Source: Ranitomeya imitator
Taxonomy: Eukaryota
Direction of reading: 5' to 3'
NCBI RefSeq assembly: GCF_032444005.1
Contig: NC_091286.1
Location: 11,532,001-11,596,000, forward strand
Length of the DNA stretch: 64,000 bases
A model generated the notes under the pieces. That model was not told the DNA's origin, searched no databases, and worked only from the letters and a program-made list of their open reading frames with translations. A program made the position numbers and the translations under genes. Shown here in pieces: positions 23,898 to 35,492 of the stretch (the first letter of the stretch is position 1; the number at the start of each line of letters is the position of its first letter).

Positions 23898-26800
23898 GAT
23901 TCGGATTCCTGGACCACGGTGTGAATTACTTGTACGATGGACTCCTCGCCAGAGACGTACTACACCTCAACAAACCTGGGAAACACACATTCGCCAGAAG
24001 ACTCGCTACACTCATCAGGAGGGCGTTAAACTAGAAGAAGAGGGGACGGGAAGAAAAACATTAGACTTGAACAAAGAAGACCCAGGAAAACAAACTCAGA
24101 TGGGAGGTAAGAACATTTCTAAAACAATCCACAGCGAGGAGATTGGAACAAAACAAAATCCTCTAAACTGCATGCTCGCAAACGCCAGAAGCCTGACAAA
24201 CAAGATGGAAGAACTAGAAGCAGAAATATCTACAGGTAACTTTGACATAGTGGGAATAACCGAGACATGGTTAGATGAAAGCTATGACTGGGCAGTTAAC
24301 TTACAGGGTTACAGTCTGTTTAGAAAGGATCGTAAAAATCGGAGAGGAGGAGGGGTTTGTCTCTATGTAAAGTCTTGTCTAAAGTCCACTTTAAGGGAGG
24401 ATATTAGCGAAGGAAATGAGGATGTCGAGTCCATATGGGTCGAAATTCATGGAGGGAAAAATGGTAACAAAATTCTCATTGGGGTCTGTTACAAACCCCC
24501 AAATATAACAGAAACCATGGAAAGTCTACTTCTAAAGCAGATAGATGAAGCTGCAACCCATAATGAGGTCCTGGTTATGGGGGACTTTAACTACCCGGAT
24601 ATTAACTGGGAAACAGAAACCTGTGAAACCCATAAAGGCAACAGGTTTCTGCTAATAACCAAGAAAAATTATCTTTCACAATTGGTGCAGAATCCAACCA
24701 GAGGAGCAGCACTTTTAGACCTAATACTATCTAATAGACCTGACAGAATAACAAATCTGCAGGTGGTTGGGCATTTAGGAAATAGCGACCACAATATTGT
24801 GCAGTTTCACCTGTCTTTCACTAGGGGGACTTGTCAGGGAGTCACAAAAACACTGAACTTTAGGAAGGCAAAGTTTGAACAGCTTAGAGATGCCCTTAAT
24901 CTGGTAGACTGGGACAATATCCTCAGAAATAAGAATACAGATAATAAATGGGAAATGTTTAAGAACATCCTAAATAGGCAGTGTAAGCGGTTTATACCTT
25001 GTGGGAATAAAAGGACTAGAAATTGGGTTTTTCCTATGTGGCTAAACAAAGAAGTAAGACAGGCAATTAACAGTAAAAAGAAAGCATTTGCACTACTAAA
25101 GCAGGATGGCACCATTGAAGCTCTAAAAAACTATAGGGAGAAAAATACTTTATCTAAAAAACTAATTAAAGCTGCCAAAAAGGAAACAGAGAAGCACATT
25201 GCTAAGGAGAGTAAAACTAATCCCAAACTGTTCTTCAACTATATCAATAGTAAAAGAATAAAAACTGAAAATGTAGGCCCCTTAAAAAATAGTGAGGAAA
25301 GAATGGTTGTAGATGACGAGGAAAAAGCTAACATATTAAACACCTTCTTCTCCACGGTATTCACGGTGGAAAATGAAATGCTAGGTGAAATCCCAAGAAA
25401 CAATGAAAACCCTATATTAAGGGTCACCAATCTAACCCAAGAAGAGGTGCGAAATCGGCTAAATAAGATTAAAATAGATAAATCTCCGGGTCCGGATGGC
25501 ATACACCCACGAGTACTAAGAGAACTAAGTAATGTAATAGATAAACCATTATTTCTTATTTTTAGGGACTCTATAGCGACAGGGTCTGTTCCGCAGGACT
25601 GGCGCATAGCAAATGTGGTGCCAATATTCAAAAAGGGCTCTAAAAGTGAACCTGGAAATTATAGGCCAGTAAGTCTAACCTCAATTGTTGGTAAAATATT
25701 TGAAGGGTTTCTGAGGGATGTTATTCTGGATTATCTCAATGAGAATAACTGTTTAACTCCATATCAGCATGGGTTTATGAGAAATCGCTCCTGTCAAACC
25801 AATCTAATCAGTTTTTATGAAGAGGTAAGCTATAGGCTGGACCACGGTGAGTCATTGGACGTGGTATATCTCGATTTTTCCAAAGCGTTTGATACCGTGC
25901 CGCACAAGAGGTTGGTACACAAAATGAGAATGCTTGGTCTGGGGGAAAATGTGTGTAAATGGGTTAGTAACTGGCTTAGTGATAGAAAGCAGAGGGTGGT
26001 TATAAATGGTATAGTCTCTAACTGGGTCGCTGTGACCAGTGGGGACCGCAGGGGTCAGTATTGGGACCTGTTCTCTTCAACATATTCATTAATGATCTGG
26101 TAGAAGGTTTACACAGTAAAATATCGATATTTGCAGATGATACAAAACTATGTAAAGCAGTTAATACAAGAGAAGATAGTATTCTGCTACAGATGGATCT
26201 GGATAAGTTGGAAACTTGGGCTGAAAGGTGGCAGATGAGGTTTAACAATGATAAATGTAAGGTTATACACATGGGAAGAAGGAATCAATGTCACCATTAC
26301 ACACTGAACGGGAAACCACTGGGTAAATCTGACAGGGAGAAGGACTTGGGGATCCTAGTTAATGATAAACTTACCTGGAGCAGCCAGTGCCAGGCAGCAG
26401 CTGCCAAGGCAAACAGGATCATGGGGTGCATTAAAAGAGGTCTGGATACACATGATGAGAGCATTATACTGCCTCTGTACAAATCCCTAGTTAGACCGCA
26501 CATGGAGTACTGTGTCCAGTTTTGGGCACCGGTGCTCAGGAAGGATATAATGGAACTAGAGAGAGTACAAAGGAGGGCAACAAAATTAATAAAGGGGATG
26601 GGAGAACTACAATACCCAGATAGATTAGCGAAATTAGGATTATTTAGTCTAGAAAAAAGACGACTGAGGGGCGATCTAATAACCATGTATAAGTATATAA
26701 GGGGACAATACAAATATCTCGCTGAGGATCTGTTAATACCAAGGAAGGTGACGGGCACAAGGGGGCATTCTTTGCGTCTGGAGGAGAGAAGGTTTTTCCA

Positions 26801-27057
26801 CCAACATAGAAGAGGATTCTTTACTGTTAGGGCAGTGAGAATCTGGAATTGCTTGCCTGAGGAGGTGGTGATGGCGAACTCAGTCGAGGGGTTCAAGAGA
26901 GGCCTGGATGTCTTCCTGGAGCAGAACAATATTGTATCATACAATTATTAGGTTCTGTAGAAGGACGTAGATCTGGGTATTTATTATGATGGAATATAGG
27001 CTGAACTGGATGGACAAATGTCTTTTTTCGGCCTTACTAACTATGTTACTATGTTAC
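23898..27057 (+). mobile_element. CR1 LINE, 5'-truncated within ORF1
   Basis: ORF1 tail (FGFLDHG...RDVLHLN...RALN*, esterase-like DxxH) ending at 24034; full EN+RT ORF2; 3' stem-loop AGGCTGAA/TTCGGCCT; (CTATGTTA)n tail. Confidence 0.96.
24100..26951 (+). pseudogene. CR1 ORF2 (APE endonuclease + RT) with a 1-bp deletion frameshift at 26044/26045
   Basis: NARSL, GITETW, GDFN, SDHN endonuclease motifs; RT split between ORFs 23896-26103 and 26061-26951; GGGGTACC has become GGGGACC. Confidence 0.9.
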
Positions 27058-27938
27058 ACAGTGACTGCACCAGCAGAATAGTGAGTGCAGCTCTGGGGTA
27101 CAATACAGGATGTAACTCAGGATCAGTAATGTAATGTATGTACACAGTGACTGCACCAGCAGAATAGTGAGTGCAGCTCTGGGGTATAATACAGGATGTC
27201 ACTCAGGATCAGTAATGTATGTACACAGTGACTGCACCAGCAGAATAGTGAGTGCAGCTCTGGGGTATAATACAGGAGGTAACTCAGGATCAGTAATGTA
27301 TGTACACAGTGACTGCACTAGCAGAATAGTGAGTGCAGCTCTGGAGTATAATACAGGAGGTAACTCAGGATCAGTAATGTAATGTATGTACACAGTGACT
27401 GCACCAGCAGAATAGTGAGTGCAGCTCTGGAGTATAATACAGGATGTAACTCAGGATCAGTAATGTATGTACACAGTGACTGCACCAGCAGAATAGTGAG
27501 TGCAGCTCTGGGGTATAATACAGGAGGTAACTCAGGATCAGTAATGTAATGTATGTACACAGTCACTGCACTAGCAGAATAGTGAGTGCAGCTCTGGGGT
27601 ATAATGCAGGAGGTAACTCAGGATCAGTAATGTAATGTATGTACACAGTGACTGCACCCGCAGAATAGTGAGTGCAGCTCTGGAGTATAATACAGGATGT
27701 AACTCAGGATCAGTAATGTAATGTATGTACACAGTGACTGCACCAGCAGAATAGTGAGTGCAGCTCTGGAGTATAATACAGAAGGTAACTCAGGATCAGT
27801 AATGTAATGTACGTACATTGTGACTGCACCAGCAGAATAGTGAGTGCAGCTCTGGGGTACAATACAGGATGTAACTCAGGATCAGTAATGTAATGTATGT
27901 ACACAGTGACTGCACCAGCAGAATAGTGAGTGCAGCTC
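27058..27938. repeat. 86-bp satellite, block 3
   Basis: Same unit; resumes in register directly after the CR1 tail. Confidence 0.96.
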
Positions 27939-28029
27939 ATGAAGCTGCGATGTTCGATCCCTTGTGCCGCATTGTGTCAGGCTACGGTCTGATCGCTTGT
28001 GCTGCACAGTCACTATCTATCAACACCGG

Positions 28030-28400
28030 CCACAGGCTAAACTTTGGCTTTCACACAATTGGACGCCCATTTTTGCATATAGGGAGATTTGGATAAGTCA
28101 CTATCGTTATTGAGCCACCTGTAAACATAGCCGAGGCTCCAAAATATGTTACAGACCAAGTTAGTAGAGGGTTCGGAGAAGAGTGGGTTCTGAAGGATGA
28201 ATTCCTTGATTTGATCCTTCAGGATAATATACTGCAGAAAAGCAGACGAGGGCACTTTAAAATGGGTTCTATTGTTATTAAAGGGGTAACAAGCTCTGCC
28301 ATTGTAATTTGGTGATCCCTAATTCTGCCCAAATGGGGTCTATGTTGAGGTTATTTATGGACATAATGAGTGATCGGCCAGATATCTTACTCCATGTTGG
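28030..28400 (-). mobile_element. Degenerate L1-like ORF2 fragment
   Basis: Minus-strand peptides NLNIDPIWAELGITKL, FLQYIILKDQIK and KSPYMQKW resemble the L1 ORF2 post-RT region; recognised from memory only. Confidence 0.4.
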
Positions 28401-28565
28401 CGCACATGGCCGGGACTGGTGTGAACATTCCAAACGTCACTCACTTTTTGCCCAACTTTGTGGACTTTTCTTAGTGTTATGGCAAAATGAGAAGTCTGAT
28501 GCATCGGCCCGTGTGTGTGTGAGTGTGTGTGAACGCGGGCTACATGGACGGAGAGCCGCACAAAC

Positions 28566-28685
28566 CTGCACACCCGAGCCGGGAAATAGAGCTTCTGCCA
28601 GGAGCGACAGTAGAAGCGAGAGTGGTCGGTGACCCGGATCCAGTCCAGTTCATCCATGGAGACCTCAATGTAGTAGGAGTAGGAC
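28566..28685 (-). CDS. BTBD9: BTBD9 coding exon 5 (120 nt): SYSYYIEVSMDELDWIRVTDHSRFYCRSWQKLYFPARVCR
   Basis: Close match to vertebrate BTBD9; CAG acceptor, GT donor, in frame with the previous exon. Confidence 0.96.
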
Positions 28686-28755
28686 CTGCGGAGAACACAT
28701 GGACAATCACAGCTCTGCCACTAAAATAAATCCGAGGACATTTATCTGGTCCTTG

Positions 28756-29095
28756 TGCTCCCCATGGCGGTGTCAGCCCCTCCCCATGGCGGTGTCAGCC
28801 CCTCCCCATGGCGGTGTCAGCCCCTCCCCATGGCGGTGTCAGCCCCTCCCCATGGCGGTGTCAGCCCCTCCCCATGGCGGTGTCAGCCCCTCCCCATGGC
28901 GGTGTCAGCCCCTCCCCATGTTGGTCAGTCAGTCCTTCCCCCATGGCGGTGTCATTCCTTCCCCCATGGTGGTGTCAGTCCTTCCCCCATGGCGGTGTCA
29001 GTCCTTCCCCCATGGCGGTGTCAGTCCTTCCCCCATGGCGGTGTCAGCCCTTCCCCCATGGCGGTGTCAGCCCTTCCCCCATGGCGGTGTCAGTC
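28756..29095. repeat. 22-bp minisatellite, ~15 copies
   Basis: Unit CCCCATGGCGGTGTCAGCCCCT. Confidence 0.93.
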
Positions 29096-29265
29096 CCATC
29101 TACCATCCTCCTCGGGTCACTGAATGTCCGGCGTTACATTAATGGAGAGTGAAGTCACAAAGAGCGATCGCTACCTCCACATCTACATAAGTGAGGGAAT
29201 ACTAGGGAATCGCACTGCAAGCAATTGTCTAATATTCTGCAGGTCTACAGCGCCCACACCGACAT

Positions 29266-29835
29266 TAGTGACAGCTGCTGACAATCAGAGGGGGCACTGA
29301 CGGGCAGATCAGTGACAGCTGCTGACAATCAGAGGGGGCACTGACGGGCAGATCAGTGACAGCTGCTGACAATCAGAGGGGGCACTGACGGGCAGATCAG
29401 TGACAGCTGCTGACAATCAGAGGGGGCACTGACGGGCAGATCAGTGACAGCTGCTGACAATCAGAGGGGGCACTGACGGGCAGATCAGTAACAGCTGCTG
29501 ACAATCAGAGGGGGCACTGACGGGCAGATCAGTGACAGCTGCTGACAATCAGAGAGGTCACTGACGGGCAGATCAGTGACAGCTGCTGACAATCAGAGGG
29601 GGCACTGACTGGCAGATCAGTGACAGCTGCTGACAATCAGAGGGGGCACTGACGGGCAGATCAGTGACAGCTGCTGACAATCAGAGAGGTCACTGACGGG
29701 CAGATCAGTGACAGCTGCTGACAATCAGAGGGGGCACTGACTGGCAGATCAGTGACAGCTGCTGACAATCAGAGGGGGCACTGACGGGCAGATCAGTAAC
29801 AGCTGCTGACAATCAGAGGGGGCACTGACGGGCAG
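29266..29835. repeat. 44-bp minisatellite, ~13 copies
   Basis: Unit GTGACAGCTGCTGACAATCAGAGGGGGCACTGACGGGCAGATCA; begins ~10 nt past the exon 4 donor. Confidence 0.95.
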
Positions 29836-29845
29836 AGGGACGTAC

Positions 29846-30065
29846 CGGCTGTCCCGATCCCAGAGGAGGAGGCGGATGTGGTTGATGATGGACGGCTGCC
29901 CCAGCTTCACTTCCAGACCAGAGCGACAGTCGTCCTCGATCGGATGCCGAGAAAAGCCGTGATCTAAGTCGTAGTTCTGAGTGTCGCCGTCCAGCAGGGC
30001 CGACTTCAGCTCCCCCTTCACCACCTGCGCTCCGTACTTCATGGTGGCAATATTCTCCTCTGGGA
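29846..30065 (-). CDS. BTBD9: BTBD9 coding exon 4 (220 nt): (I)PEENIATMKYGAQVVKGELK...HIRLLLWDRDSR
   Basis: Recognised BTBD9 sequence; AG/GT boundaries; phases compatible. Confidence 0.97.
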
Positions 30066-30504
30066 CTGGGGGAGAGGACAAGAAAGGCATTAGAAAAGAC
30101 ACAGAATACACGACAAGTCAGGGGGCTGGTGGAGAATGTGCTGTCCTGTTATACCCAAAGGGGGGCTGCCTGCATATGTGGACCACCATTCTCTGCTCCG
30201 GTCACACCTAGAGCTGCGCTCACACCATGGACGTTATCCTTACTGCACTCGTCATTGGTTCAGGTCATATGCTGCAGCGCATCTTGGTTTAAGAAAAAGC
30301 TGAATTATAAATGCAGCTCTAGATATGTGGCTGGAGTATTACATGTGTGAACGCAGCTCTGAGGCTTTGCAGCTTATTAATTGTAAGCCTGATACAGGGT
30401 ATGAGTGGAGCATGAGATTATAGATGCAGCTCTGGATGTGACCGGAGGATACAAATGCTGTCTGAGACTGACACTGAAGAGATGAAAGGAGAAAAAAAAA
30501 TTGT

Positions 30505-30690
30505 GACTGCAGCTCTGGCTGTGGCCGGAGCATTAGAGCATGTCTGCCGCTCTGGCTGTGGCCGGAGCATTAGCGCATATCTGCAGCTCTGGATGTGGCC
30601 GGAGCATTAGAGCATGTCTGCAGCCCTGGCTGTGGCCGGAGCATTAGCGCATATCTGCAGCTCTGGATGTGGCCGGAGCATTAGAGCAGC
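30505..30690. repeat. 37-bp minisatellite, ~5 copies
   Basis: Unit TGCAGCTCTGGCTGTGGCCGGAGCATTAGAGCATGTC. Confidence 0.85.
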
Positions 30691-30757
30691 TCGTGTCCTA
30701 GGTCTGTGTGGCGCTTTACACCGTGATGACGCTCAGCCTCCTAGCAGCAACGCGTAC

Positions 30758-31022
30758 TCAGCATCCCGCGGTAGTTCAGGTCCATGTCGCGGCTCTCCGA
30801 TCGCACTTTTATGGCGTCCAGGATGGAGTCGGGGGTGAGCAGCGCAGACGGCCGGACCACGTTCAGCAGCTCCGTGAGGCTCATAAGTGGAAGGCGCACG
30901 GCGGCCATGATCTCCGAGTGATTCTCCTTCGTGTTGTGTCTACACCAGCGCATCAGAGACTGGAAAACGTCCTTCTCCGGCGCAGCGAACGAGTCTCTCC
31001 GCACAATATCCAGGAGCGCGGC
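30758..31022 (-). CDS. BTBD9: BTBD9 coding exon 3 (265 nt; BACK region): AALLDIVRRDSFAAPEKDVF...DMDLNYRGML
   Basis: Recognised BTBD9 sequence; TTCACAG|GCC acceptor, A|GTACGC donor. Confidence 0.97.
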
Positions 31023-34000
31023 CTGTGAACAGAGTGGGCAGAGTTACTACAGGGGGCACACAAGGGGCTCACACCATACCACCCCTGTGAACAGAGTGGG
31101 CAGAGTTACTACAGGGGGCACACAAGGGGCTCACATCATACCACCCCCGTGTACAGAGCGGGCAGAGTGACTACAGGGGGCACACAAGGGGCTCACATCA
31201 TACCATCCCTGTGAACAGAGTGGGCAGAGTGACTACAGGGGGCACACAAGGGGCTCACACCATACCACCCCTGTGTACAGAGCGGGCAGAGTGACTACAG
31301 GGGGCACACAAGGGGCTCACATCATACCACCCCTGTGTACAGAGCGGGTAGAGTGACTACAGGGGGCACACAAGGGGCTCACATCATACCACCCCTGTGT
31401 ACAGAGCGGGCAGAGTGACTACAGGGGGCACACAAGGGGCTAACATCATACCACCCCTGTGTACAGAGCGGGCAGAGTGACTACAGGGGGCACACAAGGG
31501 GCTCACATCATACCACCCCTGTGTACAGAGCGGGCAGAGTGACTACAGGGGGCACACAAGGGGCTCACATCAAACCACCCCTGTGTACAGAGTGGGCAGA
31601 GTGACTACAGGTGGCACACAAGGGGCTAACATCATACCACCCCTGTGTACAGAGCGGGCAGAGTGACTACAGGGGGCACACAAGGGGCTCACATCATACC
31701 ACCCCTGTGTACAGAGCGGGCAGAGTGACTACAGGGGGCACACAAGGGGCTCACATCATACCACCCCTGTGTACAGAGCGGGCAGAGTGACTACAGGGGG
31801 CACACAAGGGGCTAACATCATACCACCCCTGTGTACAAAGCGGGCAGAGTGACTACAGGGGGCACACAAGGGGCTCACATCATACCATCCCTGTGTACAG
31901 AGCGGGTAGAGTGACTACAGGGGGCACACAAGGAGCTCACACCATACCACCCCTGTGTACAGAGCGGGCAGAGTGACTACAGGGGGCACACAAGGGGCTC
32001 ACATCATACCACCCCTGTGTACAGAGCGGGCAGAGTGACTACAGGGGGCACACAAGGGGCTCACATCATACCACCCCTGTGTACAGAGCGGGCAGAGTGA
32101 CTACAGGGGGCACACAAGGGGCTCACATCAAACCACCCCTGTGTACAGAGCGGGCAGAGTGACTACAGGTGGCACACAAGGGGCTAACATCATACCACCC
32201 CTGTGTACAGAGCGGGCAGAGTGACTACAGGGGGCACACAAGGGGCTCACATCAAACCACCCCTGTGTACAGAGCGGGCAGAGTGACTACAGGGGGCACA
32301 CAAGGGGCTCACATCATACCACCCCTGTGTACAGAGCGGGCAGAGTGACTACAGGGGGCACACAAGGGGCTAACATCATACCACCCCTGTGTACAAAGCG
32401 GGCAGAGTGACTACAGGGGGCACACAAGGGGCTCACATCATACCACCCCTGTGTACAGAGCGGACAGAGTGACTACAGGGGCACACAAGGGGCTCACATC
32501 ATACCATCCCTGTGTACAGAGCGGGTAGAGTGACTACAGGGGGCACACAAGGGGCTCACATCATACCACCCCTGTGTACAGAGTGGGCAGAGTGACTACA
32601 GGGGGCACACAAGGGGCTCACATCATACCACCCCTGTGTACAGAGCGGGTAGAGTGACTACAGGGGGCACACAAGGGGCTCACATCATACCACCCCTGTG
32701 TACAGAGCGGACAGAGTGACTACAGGGGGCACACAAGGGGCTCACATCATACCATCCCTGTGAACAGAGTGGGCAGAGTGACTACAGGGGGCACACAAGG
32801 GGCTCACATCATACCACACCTGTGTACAGAGCGGGCAGAGTGACTACAGGGGGCACACAAGGGGCTAACATCATACCACCCCTGTGTACAGAGCGGGCAG
32901 AGTGACTACAGGGGGCACACAAGGGGCTCTCATCATACCACCCCTGTGTACAGAGCGGACAGAGTGACTACAGGGGGCACACAAGGGGCTCACATCATAC
33001 CACCCCTGTGTACAGAGCGGGCAGTGACTACAGGGGGCACACAAGGGGCTCACATCATACCACCCCTGTGTACAGAGCGGGCAGTGACTACAGGGGGCAC
33101 ACAAGGGGCTCACATCATACCACCCCTGTGTACAGAGTGGGCAGAGTGACTACAGGGGGCACACAAGGGGCTCACATCATACCACCCCTGTGTACAGAGT
33201 GGGCAGAGTGACTACAGGGGGCACACAAGGGGCTCACATCATACCACCCCTGTGTACAGAGCGGGCAGAGTGACTACAGGGGGCACACAAGGAACTCACA
33301 TCATACCACCCCTGTGTACAGAGCGGGCAGAGTGACTACAGGGGGCACACAAGGGGCTCACATCATACCATCCCTGTGAACAGAGTGGGCAGAGTGACTA
33401 CAGGGGGCACACAAGGGGCTCACACCATACCACCCCTGTGTACAGAGCGGGCAGAGTGACTACAGGGGGCACACAAGGGGCTCACATCATACCACCCCTG
33501 TGTACAGAGCGGGTAGAGTGACTACAGGGGGCACACAAGGGGCTCACACCATACCACCCCTGTGTACAGAGCGGGCAGAGTGACTACAGGGGGCACACAA
33601 GGGGCTCACATCAAACCACCCCTGTGTACAGAGCGGGCAGAGTGACTACAGGGGGCACACAAGGGGCTCACATCATACCACCCCTGTGTACAGAGCGGGC
33701 AGAGTGACTACAGGGGGCACACAAGGGGCTCACACCATACCACCCCTGTGTACAGAGCGGGCAGAGTGACTACAGGGGGCACACAAGGGGCTCACATCAA
33801 ACCACCCCTGTGTACAGAGCGGGCAGAGTGACTACAGGGGGCACACAAGGGGCTCACATCATACCACCCCTGTGTACAGAGCGGGCAGAGTGACTACAGG
33901 GGGCACACAAGGGGCTCACATCATACCACACCTGTGTACAGAGCGGGCAGAGTCATTACAGGGGGCACACAAGGGGCTCACATCATACCACCCCTGTGTA

Positions 34001-35080
34001 CAGAGCGGGCAGAGTGACTACAGGGGCACACAAGGGGCTCACATCATACCACCCCTGTGTACAGAGCGGGTAGAGTGACTACAGGGGGCACACAAGGGGC
34101 TCACATCATACCACCCCTGTGTACAGAGCGGGCAGAGTGACTACAGGGGGCACACAAGGAACTCACATCATACCACCCCTGTGTATAGAGCGGGCAGACT
34201 GACTACAGGGGGCACACAAGGGGCTCACATCATACCACCCCTGTGTACAGAGCGGGCAGAGTGACTACAGGGGGCACACAAGGGGCTCACATCAAACCAC
34301 CCCTGTGTACAGAGCGGGCAGAGTGACTACAGGGGGCACACAAGGGGCTCACATCATACCACCCCTGTGTGCAGAGCGGGCAGAGTGACTACAGGGGGAA
34401 CGCAAGGGGCTCACATCATACCACCCCTGTGTACAGAGCGGACAGAGTGACTACAGGGGGCACACAAGGGGCTCACATCATACCACCCCTGTGTACAGAG
34501 CGGGCAGAGTGACTACAGGGGGCACACAAGGGGCTCACATCATACCACCCCTGTGTACAGAGCGGGCAGAGTGACTACAGGGGGCACACATCATACCACC
34601 CCTGTGTACAGAGCGGACAAAGTGACTACAGGGGGCACACAAGGGGCTCACATCATACCACCCCTGTGTACAGAGCGGGCAGAGTGACTACAGGGGGCAC
34701 ACAAGGGGCTCACATCATACCCCACCTGTGTACAGAGCGGACAGAGTGACTACAGGGGGCACACAAGGGGCTCACATCATACCACCCCTGTGTACAGAGC
34801 GGGCAGAGTGACTACAGGGGGCACACAAGGGGCTCACATCATACCACCCCTGTGTACAGAGCGGGCAGAGTGACTACAGGGGGCACACAAGGGGCTCACA
34901 TCATACCACCCCTGTGTACAGAGCGGGCAGAGTCATTACAGGGGGCACACAAGGGGCTCACATCATACCACCCCTGTGTACAGAGCGGGCAGAGTCACTA
35001 CAGGGGGCACACAAGGGGCTCACATCATACCACCCCTGTGTACAGAGCGGGCAGAGTCACTACAGGGGGCACACAAGGGG
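31023..35080. repeat. 62-bp minisatellite, ~65 copies, whose unit contains the exon 3 splice acceptor
   Basis: Minus-strand unit ...CCCCCTGTAGTCACTCTGCCCGCTCTGTACACAG|G; fills nearly the whole intron. Confidence 0.97.
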
Positions 35081-35128
35081 AGCCCCGACAGTCAGGTGGA
35101 CGCCCTGCATACAATCTAGACTCAGCAC

Positions 35129-35492
35129 CTTGGACAGGGTCAGGAAGCCGTCACTGGCGAGGACGTCCTGCGCGTTCCGGTCCATGAACACACAGCAGGT
35201 GGAGCAGAGCTTGGACAGCGAGTAGAGGCTGGCCACGTCGTAGATCATGCACACGTTCTGGATCTTCAGGATGGTGCACAGGTACTCGGACGTGGAGTCC
35301 TCCAGCTCCGGGAAGCCATACTTGTGCGCCAGGCTCAGCAAGTCCAGCAGCACCTCCTCCCGCTCGTCCCGCAGGCTGGCCCGGCCCGTGTACATGTACT
35401 TCATCAGCATGGAGAAGGCCTCGGGGCCGGTGTCCTGCAGGGTGATCTCCGCCTCCGGGCGAGACTCCCTCATCCCTCCGTATAACAGCGCC
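35129..35492 (-). CDS. BTBD9: BTBD9 coding exon 2 (364 nt; BTB/BACK): ALLYGGMRESRPEAEITL...SDGFLTLSK
   Basis: Recognised BTBD9 sequence; TACGCAG|G acceptor, AAG|GTGCTG donor; in frame with exons 1 and 3. Confidence 0.96.

Noticed and set aside
23896-23898. ATG start of the 735-aa ORF
   Set aside because: Created by junction filler; the region is the CR1 ORF1 tail read in another frame
11588-27938. CRISPR-like appearance of regularly spaced repeats and many 64-aa MYIHYITDPE ORFs
   Set aside because: Contiguous satellite units with no unique spacers, no cas genes and a eukaryotic context; the ORFs are repeat artefacts
1-28565. Next BTBD9 exon (expected YIRIVGTHNT...)
   Set aside because: Not found on the minus strand in this window; presumed to lie beyond position 1
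29266-35080. AGGGGGCAC half-sites in the 44- and 62-bp units as CTCF arrays
   Set aside because: The 5' half (CCASY) matches poorly; probably not functional sites
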